Positions 51,201 to 64,000 of a DNA stretch of 64,000 bases are shown piece by piece. The notes below the pieces were generated by a model that was given only the letters and a program-made list of their open reading frames with translations, searched no databases and was not told the origin of the DNA. The first letter of the stretch is position 1; the number at the start of each line of letters is the position of its first letter. The DNA is from Camelus ferus (Eukaryota): the NCBI RefSeq assembly GCF_009834535.1, contig NC_045698.1, positions 14,076,001 to 14,140,000 on the forward strand. Reading direction: 5' to 3'. The translations under genes were made by a program, and so were the position numbers.

Positions 51201-53685
51201 GCGAAGGGCTCGGGGTGATGACAGGAACCAAACTGGTTTGGTTCTGAAGGACAACATGAGGGATCCTGTGGTGTTGGAACTGTTCACTGTGGTAACTGTG
51301 CTCTTGGGGATACAAGGACTTGTAACATTTTTATAAAACTTAATACAAACAAGGTACCCAAATTGGAAAGGAAGAGGTAAAATTATCATTATATGCAGAT
51401 AACAGAATACGATATATAGAAGACCCTGAAGACTTCACACAAAAACTACTAGAGCTGATAAACAAATACAGCAACAAAGCAGGATTCAAGGCTAACATGC
51501 AGAAATCTGCTGCATTTCTTTACACTAGTAATAAAATATCAGAAAGAGAAAGTAAAAAAAAAAAATCCCTTTTAAAATTGCATCAAAAATACTTCAAAAT
51601 AAACCTTGACTAGTGAGGTGACTTACGTGCTGAGAACTATAAAACTCTGATAAAGGAAATTGAAGATGACTCAAAAAAATGGAAAGATATCCTATGCTTT
51701 TGCATTGGAAAAATTAATATTGTTAAAATGGCCACACTACCCAAAACAGTTTACAGATTTAATGTGATCCCTATGAAATTACCTATGACACTTCTCACAG
51801 AACTAGAACAAATAATCATAAAATTTATACAGAACCACAAAAGATCCAGAATTGCTAAAGCAATCCTGAGGAAAAAGAAGGAAGCTAAAGGCATAACCCT
51901 CCTAGACTTCAGACAATACTACAAAGCTACAGTAATCAAAACAGCATGGCATTGGCACAAAACAGACATATGGATCAATGGAACAGAATAGAGAGCCAGA
52001 AATAAACCCATCCACCTTCAGTCAATTAATCTTTGACAAAGGAGGTGAGAGCGTACAATGGAGAAGATAAGCTCTTCAGCAAGTGGTGTTGGGAAAGTTG
52101 GACAGCTGCATGTAAACCAATGAAGTTAGAACACTTCATCACATCATACATGAAAATAAAGTCAAAGTGGCTTAAATATAAGACATGACACCATAAACCT
52201 CCTAGAAAAGAAAATAGGTAAAATAATTTCTGACATAAATTGTAGCAATGTTTTCTGAAGTCAGTCTCCTACAGCAAAAGAAAAAAGCAAAATGGGACCC
52301 AATTAAACTTAAGAGCTTTTGCACAGCAAAGAACAACATAAACAAAATGAAAAGACAAACTACAGACTGAGAGAAACTCTTTGAAAATGATGCAGCTGAC
52401 AAGGGCTTAATTTCCAGAATATACAAACAGCTCACACAACTCAATAACAAAAATGCAAACAACCCAATCAAAAAATGGGCAGACCTAAACAGACATTTCT
52501 CCAAAAAAGGCATACAGGTGGTCAACAGGAAAATGAAAAGATGCTCAACATCACCAATTAACAGAGAAACATAAATCAAAACTATAATGAGGTATCACTT
52601 CACACCAGTCAGAATGGTCATTATCAAAATGTCTACAAGTAGTAAATGCTGTATAGGGTGTGGAGAAAAGGGAACCCTGCTACACTGTTGGTGGGAATGT
52701 AAATTGGTGCAACCACTATGAAGAACTCTATGGAGGTCCTTAAAAATTTAAAAACAGACCTACCATATCATCCAGAAATCCCACTCCTGAGCATATATCC
52801 AGAGGGAACCCTCATGTTCATGGCAGCATTATTTACAATAGCCAAGGCATGAAAGCAACCTAAATGTACATCAGCAGGTGGATAAAGAAGCTATGTGTGT
52901 GTATGTATATGGGTGTATGTGTGTGTGTGTGTGTGTGTGTGCACGTGCGTGCATACACACACATAATGGAATATTACTGAACTATAAAAAAGAATGAAAT
53001 AATGCCATAATGCCATTTGCAGCAACATGGATGAATCTGGGGATTATCATACTAAGTGAAGTAAGTCAGACAGAGGAAGACACATATCATATGATATCAC
53101 TTATATGTGGAATCTAAAAGAAATGATACAGATGAACTTATTTACAAAACTCACAGGCATAGAAAACAAACACGTGGTTACCAAAGCGGATAGGGGAAGG
53201 AGAGAGATAAATTAGGGGTTTGGGATTAAGAGATACATGTTACTATATATAAAATAGATAAACAACAAGGACCTACTGAATAGCACAGGGAACTGTATTC
53301 AATATCTTGTAATAACCTATAATGGAAAAATATCTGAAAAAGACTACATATATATAACTGAATCACTTTGCTGTATACCAGAAACAAAGAAAACATGGTA
53401 AATCAACTACACTTCAACAAAAAAATTTAAAAATAAAAATTAAAAAAAAAAACTTAATACTCACACAAACACATGCATAAATCAGTACAAGGAGACCTTG
53501 GGAAATCTGAAAGAAACTGGTGGATTGTGCCAATGTCAATATTCTTGTTCTGATAATATACTCTAGTTTTGCAAAATATTACTATTGGGAGGAATTGAGC
53601 AGACAAAATTTTCAAGAGATCTCCTTGTATTATTTCTCACAAATGCATGTAAACCTATAATTACTTCAATAAATTAAATTAAAAA
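45236..53685 (+). mobile_element. Near-full-length ancient L1 (L1MD/MC-type): 5' UTR, ORF1, ORF2, 3' UTR
   Basis: 5' 'aagatggtgtag'; ORF1 remnant MEMTEDRINQLEERI; ORF2 EN from ~47430 and RT; 3' end 'gtggattgtgccaatgtcaatattcttg...gcatgtaaacctataatt'. Confidence 0.88.
51347..53448 (+). mobile_element. Younger 5'-truncated L1 (~2.1 kb) nested in the old L1 3' UTR
   Basis: ORF2 '[20 protein letters not shown]'; A-rich tail; perfect TSD aaaacttaatac at 51335-51346 and 53449-53460. Confidence 0.95.
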
Positions 53686-53701
53686 TATACACTTAGTTGG
53701 A

Positions 53702-53703
<2 letters not shown>

Positions 53704-53743
<40 letters not shown>
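53704..53743 (+). repeat. (CA)n microsatellite
   Basis: Direct inspection. Confidence 0.98.
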
Positions 53744-53746
<3 letters not shown>

Positions 53747-54499
53747 AAGATGAGTTCCCAGAACTTTGGAAATGCTCTGAATGAATAAGCATCTTTGTTT
53801 AACTGGACGGGGAAGGGACATAAACAAAATGAGTTTCAGCTTACTAGCGTGAATAGAGTTTATTTCTTCATCATAAGTCGTATCTTAAAGCAAGTTTAGA
53901 AGTCTCTAAAGATCAGCAAACTTGTCTGCACGCTTTTATTAGAATTGTGTGAAGTGCATCAGATGTTGAGAATCAATTTCCACTCATTCCAAAATTAACA
54001 TAAATCTTAGTGTCCTTTTAAAGTTCCACCTCTGCTAATTCTTTAAGTACAGATGTTAATTAAATTCTACAATTTAATTGTTCAGATAAATATATTATAA
54101 AGGAAACATGACATGATAAAATATCTTTAAAATTCATAGAAAAAAGGGAGTACAATATAGAATGATTTCACATTACAAATAGTAAACAAAACTATTTGCT
54201 GATATGAAAATTGATGACAGTGCCTTCATTGCTGCATTCCTATCTCAGGGGATTATTTTTCTCTTGTCTAAGATTTAACACAATGGAAAACAATGAAGTC
54301 ATATATGTTAAAATTGTCAAATATGTGACTATTTAGTTGGCTTTCACAATAATGTTAATTTCATACAGTATCGTTCATGTGTTTGGGTAACCCCACGTAT
54401 ACATGTATTTTATATGTAAAGTTTGTAAACTATCATTTTCAAGGAACATTACAATACAATTAATACACACTTTCCTTTATATAATGTTTCCTGAAGTCA

Positions 54500-55422
54500 T
54501 TTTTTAAAGTCAAGATGGGAGATTGAGCACAAACATCTTATTCTTCTTCTTCCTGAAGCTTCATTAAAATATAAGAAGTACTTAAAAGATTTAAATACTC
54601 AGCAAATTAAAGTTTGTAAGGTTTGTTCCCAATACAAAAGACATTTCAGTAGGTTCTTCAAAGACAAATTGTAAATGAAATAATGATGACTAGTTTGGAA
54701 GAACAAAGGAAACTCTCCTTAAAAATGTGCAGAAGGATTTTACCTTGTCTTGCATATTTCCTGAAAGCTTAGGAGTCAAAAATGTCAAATACATTGGAAT
54801 GTGGGGGTGAGATAAATATTAAAACATAAATGGAAAAATTACAGAAAAAGCTTTGATATCTCCAAGCAGACCACTTGACAGTAATAAACCTCTCCCAGCA
54901 AAAGTGCATATTCTTGGAAAATTGAATATAAAAGTTTTTAAGAAAAACTTAAGGTATCTGAGAGAACTATCAAAGAGAAAGAGTGATGAAATGATCACAG
55001 CCTCTCCTGATCTATCACATTAGCTTCTGAAGCCAATGGTAAAGTTTTCTGTCTTCATTTTATAAAGTGGGAAGTAATTATAGCCTATCAATAGTTAACA
55101 AGAGTAGGCTGAATAAACATGTCAGTATTTTACACATATTAAAAAGACAACCAAAGGAAGAGCTATATATTTAATGATAAAGTGAAACAAGAAAAAGGGA
55201 AAAGACGTAGAATTTGTAAACCTGCAGACCCTCATATACTATAGCAGGAAATCAAGATAGTCAGATCAAGTTAAAATAAAAGAACTAAAATATTACAGAA
55301 GAAAAGCTGTGAGAAGGGAGTATGTGGGAAGAAGAGCAATATTCATTTTGTGATAAGTGTTTTTGCACCATTTGCCTTTCACTACTATGTGTATGTATTA
55401 ATATCAGTACAAATAAAAATTA
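54500..55422 (+). mobile_element. HAL1-like / ancient L1 remnant
   Basis: 5' 'caagatgggagattgagcaca' and 3' 'ctatgtgtatgtattaatatcagtacaaataaaattaa'. Confidence 0.45.
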
Positions 55423-55754
55423 ATCTATTAAAATAACAAAGGTGTTATAAAGACATACCTGTAGAGAAAAATACTTGGTCTCATTTAATAACATAATTTT
55501 AAAAGAGGAATTATCCAAGACCATGAGGTTAATCACATATGCTTCCATTAAAATGATCATTATTTTGCAGATGTCAACTATTAAAACAAAGTAGCAATGT
55601 CCAACATTTCCAACATTATTAAAGATTCTTGTCACTTTATTCAAGGTATCTTTATATATAATGAGCAAAGTAAACTTAAAGGACATTGTTTCTGAAAGAT
55701 ACTAATTTGAGATCATTTTGGTAGCATTAGAAATATTGATTTCAATTTTCTATT

Positions 55755-55858
55755 TTTCAGATTTCCTGACTTAATGAAACTGCGGTACAGTCTGGGCTTG
55801 AGGATTTTTTAAAACTTCCCATGTAATTCTCATGTTCAAACAAGGTTGAAAACTATAG
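55755..55858. mobile_element. MER5-type hAT fragment
   Basis: 'ttttaaaacttcccatgtaattctcatgttcaaacaaggttgaaaactat'. Confidence 0.6.
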
Positions 55859-56884
55859 GTATGTGCCTTATAATATTTGTCTCCTAGTAATATTTGCCAG
55901 ATCAAAGCTTTGTTTTTAATACATTAACCTAAATGTAGGGTTTTCTGTATCTTCATTCTTGTTATTTTCAGCATTTCTTGCAGATACTAAGGAAAATGCA
56001 GCTGCAAAGTGCAGAATAGAAATTAATTATACACAAATTAACATGCTCTCCAGAAAGAGTCTTTAGTCTTCCACAGCTGTACTGCACACTGATGCTCCAC
56101 CCCCGCAAACATAAATATTTACTTAGTGTTATTTGTGCCGATAACTGATGTGTAATTAGATATTATGTTACCCTTCCTCATCTCGATGTTTATAAAAATA
56201 GTAATAAAACTGAAAATTCCTCCAGGTCAATTTAATTCAATGGCACACACAATAATAACAGAGTTCAAAGAACAAGGATAACAAAGGCAATACTAGAAGA
56301 AGGGAAAAACAGCATAAACCCATAACATGAGTCATATATGAGGGAAATGTAATTTCAAGTAATATATATATATATATATCTGTCTCTCTTATGGCATTTC
56401 CTTTATGCTTAGTGTCCTCTTATTTTAATTAAAAGTAGTTTATATCACCTTGAATACTGTAGATATATTTAATACTGCTCATAATTTTGATATGACAATA
56501 GAAATAACCCATGCATGCCAAAGCAGCTAATGAACTGAACAAGCAAATTTTGAGCATACAAGATATTCCAGAACAAGTTTATGTATCATTGCTTTTAACT
56601 TTATATATATAAACACATACACCCACATATATATATATATATACACAATACACACATACATACACAGAGTCAGTGGACATTGAAGTGAATTCAAAAAGGA
56701 AAGATAGCGATCTATAATTATTCTGAGTTTCTGTTTATTTTAAAATAGGATAAATGATATTTAACATATCTTGAAGATATAATATGTAAAATAAAATAAT
56801 GCAATCAAACAAAAGTCAAATATATTACACTTTATCATACAGTTGGTAATTCTATTAAACTCTATGCTGAGTATGTGTGTGTAA

Positions 56885-57375
56885 GTGTGTCTTTTATGGA
56901 CCCCTCCATTTATCTTGTAAGAATCGAGACCCCATTGTGGGACTTTGGGAGAAGAGAGTTCTATCTCTGTTGTGTAAACTCCAGGAGCCGGACTCTGTAT
57001 CCACCCCACTTGGGCAGGCAGACTACTGACACATGACTTAATCTGGGCCAACAAATGCTCTTGTCTGGAGCTTTGGAACTTGACTGAGTGACACAAAGAC
57101 CAAGAGGCAGGTTTGATACTATTCGTGGCTGTGTTATATAGAACAGTAGCATTGCGTGTTGAGGGCAGAAGTGTCAATGGCAATCTTCTGACTCAATTGT
57201 CCCTGGGGTATCAACTTGGCTTCATTTACAGCCACTCAGCCTTGCTTGGTTCCTGCTGTAATTAACACTGACTCACTGGCCTTTCTGCCAATTCTATAAT
57301 CTATCTAATATCCATCTGGAAAGTTACTTTTATGCTTAAATTACTCAGTCAGATTCTGTTGCAGTCAAGAAAGTG
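56885..57375 (+). mobile_element. Old MLT1 LTR
   Basis: 3' motif 'ttttatgcttaaattactcagtcagattctgttgcagtcaaga'; 'cacatgacttaatctgggccaa'. Confidence 0.6.
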
Positions 57376-57645
57376 ATTTACTAAATCATGCCTTTGGTTG
57401 TAAGCACCCAATCACACCACCACATACACAAATAATCTAAACTATAACAATGAATGATGCTTGAAATCAAGAGAAAGAGAGCCAGGTTTCATGCAGTCTT
57501 CATACGTTTCTTTACATATTAGAGCCAAGTTTTTAGAACCAGTCTTTATTCTCATTCTATATGCTTACAATTTTATGTGACCTTCACAGACTCATAATTT
57601 TGTATATATTATGTATATGGGGCCAGGTTTCCTAAGCAGTCTAAA

Positions 57646-57835
57646 CCTGCCCTGTCCAATATTGTAGCCAATAACAAGTAGCTTTTTAAATTTAAATAAA
57701 ACAAACATTCAGAACCTTTATTGCAAGAGCTACATTTCAAATATCCAATAGCTACATGGGGCTGGTAGCTACCATATGAACAGTGTACATATAAAACGGG
57801 ACCATAATTGCAGAAAGTTCTGTTGAATAGCACTG
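57646..57835 (-). mobile_element. MER3 hAT-Charlie element
   Basis: 'ctgtccaatattgtagcca...catttcaaatatccaatagctacatg...gcagaaagttctgttgaatagcactg'. Confidence 0.85.
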
Positions 57836-58749
57836 GGTCTCAATATATTACAATAATTCAACTTCCCCAATGGTTAAGTCATAAATTCAGACTTAAGTTA
57901 TTTGGAGTAGGTTGATTGTCACTAGTCCACTATGTGCTTGAACAGTAGTCCAATAAATCTCAAAGAAAAGATGTATACCTATTCCATAAAATGAATTTAT
58001 CTTATTTTATACTTTTATATATTTTGTTAATCAATGTAGAATTTTTTTCCAACAATGGATTGAAAAACTAGTGCCTAGAATTGGGGGTTTTAAAAGAGAG
58101 ACCCTAAAATTTGAATTTGAAAAAATATTTAGGCGCCTAAAATCACTATATAACTATACACAAGGAAGTCCTTTTTATAACAGAGCACAGAAACTGACTG
58201 AATTGTTGCCTGCAAGTCTTGGGACTTGAATTTCCACATACTTTCCGAGTTTGCAGCTGTAGGGAATTGACCTGAATCCTAATTACATCATTTGTATCTC
58301 TGATTCTGCCTTTGCCTGAAGCTTATTCTACTCGGCAGGTATGCAAGTTAGTAAATCACTTCCCATTATTAAACTAGTTTTGGATAGTTTCCTTCAATAG
58401 CCAGCAGGAACTACTAACCAATACAAACATTGCGTCAATCACTAATGCAGATGAGAACAGTTCAGGATAAGTAGCATATTGAAGAATACATACATTTTTA
58501 CATGCTATGGATTATAAATGGCTAGAGGGCAACGATTAAAAGGGCTGAAGAAGACGAACAGTTCTATGACAAATGAGCAAAGACTTCATAATTCACGTTA
58601 ATTTATAGCCTTTCTCTATCACTATTCCATCCTCTTGAATATGGGTCAGCTTCCTGTAAATAGTAAGGTTTTTTCCAAGAAAATAACTTCCTGGGTAAAA
58701 AATTAACTGTGAAAAGTACAATTCCTAATTTTAAATATTTTATTGTTAC

Positions 58750-58894
58750 CTTTGTTTTTTTAAAACCACTTTATTGAGTGTGATTAACACAAAAATAAAT
58801 ATTTAACGTATACACCTCAAGTATACATCCATGAACGCCCACCACAATCTATGCCATAAACATATCCTTCACATCTAAATTTTCTCCTTTCCTA

Positions 58895-58931
<37 letters not shown>

Positions 58932-59545
58932 ACTATTACTGAGACAGGAAGGAAGGCAGAAGAACACAACCATTAAAAGAATGACACAGATGTTGAGAAA
59001 AACAAGATATGACAAAAGCTGGTTAGAATCAAGTAGGTCCAAGATAGCAGAATATCTGACTTCCTGTAGACCTTGAGCCTCATTATATGCTTACTGTAAT
59101 ATATTAGCATACTAAATGACATAACCACCAGAACCATGACAGGTACCATGATAGTCCCAAGGCTGTTCATAAAAGGCCAAAGAGTGGTCAGTGACCCAAT
59201 TCCTTCCCCAAAATAGAACATTCCTCCTACTCCTTTGCTATAAAATTACCCAGTCCCTAAAAACTAATCACTCCCACATCCCAAGGATGTTCTCACTTTC
59301 TGAGATGGTCTGCATTCTGCCTATGGAACATGTACCTCTCCAAATATACTTGCTTTCACTTTACTCTGGCTAGGATCTTGAATTCTTTCCTAAGCAAAGC
59401 CAAGGACCCTCACTTGGCAGTCTGGGCTCCTATGCATCCCAGAACGTGATATTTCCTTCTCATGCATTGTTACTATTATTTGTGATTAGAGCACAACATA
59501 AATTCTACCCTTTAACAATCTCTTACGTATACAATACAATGTTAC
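58750..59545 (-). mobile_element. L1MA/MB 3' end (antisense) split by the MER41-like LTR
   Basis: 'ctttattgagtgtgattaacac...ccatgaacgcccaccacaatc' resumes as 'tgtgattagagcacaacataaattctaccc'. Confidence 0.75.
58940..59469 (+). mobile_element. MER41-like ERV1 solo LTR
   Basis: MER41 core 'ctcattatatgcttactgtaatatattagcatactaaatgaca...ccaccagaaccatgacag'; probable TSD ttac (58936-58939, 59470-59473). Confidence 0.8.
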
Positions 59546-59569
59546 TTCATTGTCACTCATGCTTCAGAT

Positions 59570-60730
59570 TTCACCAATCACTTTCTCCTCCTTGAGATTT
59601 TCTCCTTCCTTATGTCCTGCAGTTCCATTTCTGTTCTATGGTTTCTAATTCCTCTGCTGAACTTTATTTTCAAACTCTTTATGTAGACCTAGTTTTCTAT
59701 TTTCCCTTAAAACTTTTTGTTCCTCAGAATTCTATTCTGAGCCAGGAGTCCACATATGTTTCCTTAAAATTTTATGCAGGGCTTCAATCACCACTTAAAC
59801 CCCAATGTTTCCCATTTCTACCCTTTAGACTGCATCCTTCCTCTAGTGTTCTGCATCTCTCTATCCCTGGCTACCTGCAGGCCCATAAATCACCCGGGAC
59901 ATAGACTATCCAAACCTAACCCTGTCGCCCTCACTCCCAGACATGATCCTCCTCCTTTATTGTTTAGCCCCTCAATTTAATGAGAAGCTTGCCAAACATC
60001 TTCAAACAGCCCTGTATCTCCCTTTCTTGCAATCAATATACACAAAATCTTGTCAATTATAAATCCTTAAAAAAATTTTATCTATTTACTCTCTCCAATT
60101 TGTCTGCAATTACCAAATTCAAGTCTAGATTTGGGCAATGGTAAAGTATCACCTCTGCCTTTGAACTTGTTTTATATGTCTCATGTAACTTCCCCCTTGA
60201 AAATCCTTCAATCCATTCCGAAACACTTCTGGATAAACTATAGTCTCCTTTGAATCTCCTACCTGGTACTCAGTGGCCTATAATGCTCTCTAGCTTCATC
60301 CCCACTCCCACTTCTCCACATGTGATCTGTGCTCCAACTGCTGTTTTTGTATGTCCTTAAATACTACTTATTTAATTTTGATATGTCATTCCTCAAATTC
60401 CACTGCAAGTCTCTCATAACCAATATACTTTCTCTGTCTTATTTTCTATTGATAGCAAAATATTAGTACAAGGTCATCCTCTTCTGGGGTTCCTTCCATA
60501 AGTTGACCTAAGTCAAGAACGTCACTCCTCTTCTTGCACCACCATCCCCTAAGCTTAGTGCTGTTACTGCAACACTAACATTGTGATGTATTCACTTGTT
60601 CTTAAACTTGTCTACTCTTCTTGCCTTTATTCATCAATCACTGAGATTGTATATTTCATTAGTGTAATCTTCATATCTAGCACAATGCATGGCATGCTGT
60701 TAATTCTTTATTAACACTGAATTCATGTTG
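59570..60730 (+). mobile_element. L2 LINE, diverged
   Basis: Pyrimidine-rich L2 body: 'caatcaat...aaatcttgtcaatt', 'aaaatccttcaat', 3' 'tatctagcacaatgcatggca'. Confidence 0.6.
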
Positions 60731-61229
60731 AAGCAGTGACTTTTTCGAAGTCAAATAGGACTCTTGCAATCATCTCATCCATTCCCTTTATTAATGTGCA
60801 TCATAATATTTGTTCTGAAAGTTTGATTTACCCAGGTCAAAAAATTATATAGTAGAAAAATCAAGGCTACCCATCCAATATTCCTTTCCCTATTTCTTGT
60901 TACTTACATACATATTACAAGTATGACTCAAGTGTTGTCCTAAGTTGCTAATACATTATACAGACCATAAATACATTATCTCTTAAAACATTAGGGGAAA
61001 GTAAATGAGCCAACTACGCTCTATTAGTCTCAGTTTATAATATATTGGCTCCTTTACAGAAATTAGCCTACTTTTGATTTTTCTGAAATTCTTCCCTGTG
61101 ATTCTATTGCTCATATAGAAGCAAGTGATTGCTTAGCAATAAATAAAACAAATATATTGATTCCACATTCTTCTTAAGTCAACAACGTCTTCACATTTCT
61201 CTAAATATGAAGCCCAAAACTATTTATTC

Positions 61230-61690
61230 AAGGGGACCTGTAACATCTATGCCCTTTTGGGTCCAGCCTTGTCTCTCTCTTCTCTACTTCTTATTCCCTA
61301 AATTGTAGGTTCCCAGTCTTTTTGAACGTCAAACACACAAACTACTTCCCATCGTAGGATCACTCTTTCACTATACACAGACTATGCACCACCATTCTCA
61401 AAAGTCATACACAAGCATAGCATCCACTTTGTTGAATTAGCTCCTATTCATTTTTAGATGCTGGCCTGTCCCTTCCTCAGAGAGTTCTTCCCAATCAAAG
61501 TTTTACACTACACACCATGTACAACTTCTTTCATAACTTCGTCACAGTTTATAGTTGAACATTCCTTTATGTGAATGTTGGCTTAATATCAATGTCTCCC
61601 AAGATATCTGCCTCATTCACCACTATATAAACAATTCTAGCATAGTGACCAAAACTGAGAGGTGTTCAACAAATTCTGAATGAATGAATA
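61230..61690 (+). mobile_element. L2 3' end
   Basis: 'tcattcaccactatat...tctagcatagtg...gtgttcaacaaattctgaatgaatgaat'. Confidence 0.75.
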
Positions 61691-62399
61691 TAACCTAGTC
61701 TTCAAACTTTGTCAAAATAAACTCAGCTGTAATCAAGCTAAAGTTCCAAACAATGCAAACAAAAGAAAATACTATTATTTTAATTTCTTATATTATAGAC
61801 TTTTTTATTTTTTAGTGTAGGATTTCACATCATATTATTTCTAATGTCTATGAATGTAGTGAAATAAATTATATACAGGAAACATAAATAATCCTAGAGG
61901 AAAGAAAGTGATTATATTTCACTCTGTGATTCTTGTAATAAATGCCTGGCATTTTCTTCATGAAAATTAAAAAAAAAAACAAAAAAAAAAACTATGTCTT
62001 TGAATATCCTCCAGGCTCAACTTCCAAACTAAATGCCTTTGTTATTTGAGGCCTGGTGCAAATTAATGTTAAAATATTCATCAGATAAAAATCAGTAAAA
62101 TAATAAAACAGATTTCCTGAGAATATTCTAATATCTATGTTGAAAACTATTTATTTCCTTAGGTCCAACACCTGTTGAAATAAATCAATCCATATCAGTT
62201 ATGAAATATAATAAGATATTCAGAAAGTATATTTCTACTCTTATCTTTTTTGGGAGCATTTGAATTTTTATTTCTACAATTCCATGAAAATATTGAAGCA
62301 TGGTAAAAACATACTATTATTTATATCCAGAAGAGACATTAAAAAGATTATCTAAGTCCAAATCTTGCTTTTATGTAAAAAAAAAATCTTGAGGTAAGA

Positions 62400-63500
62400 T
62401 ATGATCATAAAAATGGCAGACAAAGCTAATAAAGACACCTCTAACTATAAACAGCAAAAACAGTGTGTTAAATTAAAAGTACAATACAACTGAGATAGAA
62501 ACATTGAGAGCTAATTCACTGACGAAAGGAAGAGAGAACTTAGTACCAGGAAGGTCATTTCCAACTGGCAGACATTTGTCTTTAAGGGAAATTAAACTGG
62601 ATACAGGCCATGGGCACCAAGATTTGGTTTTTATATCACCTGAAGATTAGAATATATTATTTTCAGTCTCCTCAAGGTATAGAATTAGAATGGAGGTATC
62701 CGAACAAAGCCAGACTGCTTGAAAACAAACTCCATGAAATCAAAATGAGCTCTCTACCCACCAGCTTTAAAAAGTAGCAAGGAAGCTTGTGGTCTGTTAA
62801 GAGCTCTTAGTAGAAAAAAGTTTCCTGTGATAAATTAAAACCTAAACTTGCAGCCTAGAAAAAAGATTCATTTTTGTGTTGCTAGTGTTCTTTTGTTACT
62901 GTTTCCATTAAACTTATGGATAAGAATCCATAGTTTAAAATTAAAAATTAATATTTATTCAGATTTTTCAAACTAAAGGGTTATCAGGAAATAAAAAGGT
63001 AAGTTGCTCTCTATGAATATTTCTCAAGCTATATTTTAGAGGAATCCCACCAAAATCCTCATTGCCATTTATCACCCACTATTGAAGACAGATGATTATA
63101 AAATTTTAAAAGGCATACCAGGATCAAATCTCTGAGACAGATAGTGAATAGACAAAGAAATATGCAAATTATTCAAGCACAAAAATAATAGTGGTTGAAC
63201 AAGACTGTGAAATAGGTGGTCTGCCATAATTAAAGTCATAAGGAAAGAAATAAAGGTCAAAATGAAAGGACAGGTCACATATAAAAAGGAGAAAAAGAAC
63301 TAAAAAAAATCCAAGCTAATATTCACATTTAAGTCAAAGAATATACTTAACAAAGAAATAGCTGAAGAGAGGATTAGAGTGCTAGAAATAAATCTTACAG
63401 AAATGATATCAAATAGAAGTTTTAGAATGAAACAATAAATGAGGAAAAAAGAAATTCAAAGAAATAATGGATGCTATATTTCTATAAAGTGTAAGTATTC
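62400..63500 (+). mobile_element. Ancient L1/HAL1 5' region and ORF1 remnant
   Basis: 'aaaatggcagac' start; ORF1-like 'gctgaagagaggattagagtgctagaa'. Confidence 0.5.
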
Positions 63501-63531
63501 TAATAATCATACAAAAATACTGATTTCATTC

Positions 63532-63920
63532 TGCTATGGGCTAAAGTTTATACCATCAAAATACATATTTGAGGTTCTAACCCCTAGCACCTTATTTGAA
63601 CATAGGATCTTTATAGAGGCAGTCAGGTTAAAATGAGGACATTAAAGTGGACACTAATCCAAAATGACTGATGCCCTTATTAAAAAGGAAATTTGGACAC
63701 AGATGCTCATATAGGGAGAACATCATGTGAACATAAAGACAGCAATCTTCAAGCCAAGGAGAGAGGCTCAGAAAAGATCCTTCCCTCAGAAACTACAGAA
63801 GCAACCAAGTCTGCTGACTAGATTTGACATCCAGCCTCCAGAACTGAGAGACAATACTTTCTGCTGTTCAACCACTCAGTTTATAGTACTTTGTAACTGA
63901 CGTTCCAGTTAATCAATACA
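63532..63920 (+). mobile_element. MLT1A/B LTR, complete
   Basis: tgctatggg...aataca ends; 'ggaaatttggacacaga', 'caagccaaggagagagg', 'ccagcctccagaactgagagacaata'. Confidence 0.9.
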
Positions 63921-64000
63921 TAGATCAAGAAAAAGAAAACGTAAAAGAAAAAAAAAGCCACCGCCTGCCAAAAAAAACCCTTCAAAGCCGAGACACGTTA

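Noticed and set aside
55987..56067. Plus-strand acceptor followed by a short open frame
   Set aside because: No donor, unrecognised peptide, and opposite to the inferred host strand

Overview
AT-rich mammalian genomic DNA, intronic or intergenic, with no recognisable protein-coding exon; the ORF track consists of repeat remnants or chance ORFs. Most of the window is transposable elements. The youngest L1 3' ends resemble camelid-type L1, and I see no Alu, B1/B2, Bov-tA, PRE-1 or CHR SINEs, so a camelid source is inferred but not proven. Main contents: (i) a decayed ~6.2 kb class I (gamma-like) provirus with both LTRs, a tRNA-Leu-like PBS, gag/pro/pol/IN remnants, a deleted RT catalytic core and an internally deleted env (11272-17475); (ii) a young 711-bp ERVK-type solo LTR with a perfect 6-bp TSD (34216-34926); (iii) a near-full-length ancient L1 carrying a nested younger L1 with a 12-bp TSD (45236-53685); (iv) two inverted (twin-priming geometry) L1 insertions; (v) a MER41-like LTR, several MLT1 LTRs, L2, MIR and hAT/Tigger MITEs. 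L1 and LTR elements are strongly biased to the + strand, hinting at a host gene on the - strand; weak minus-strand exon and promoter candidates are listed. I found no convincing novel biological system. Repeat subfamily names come from recalled consensus motifs, and most boundaries without a TSD are approximate.
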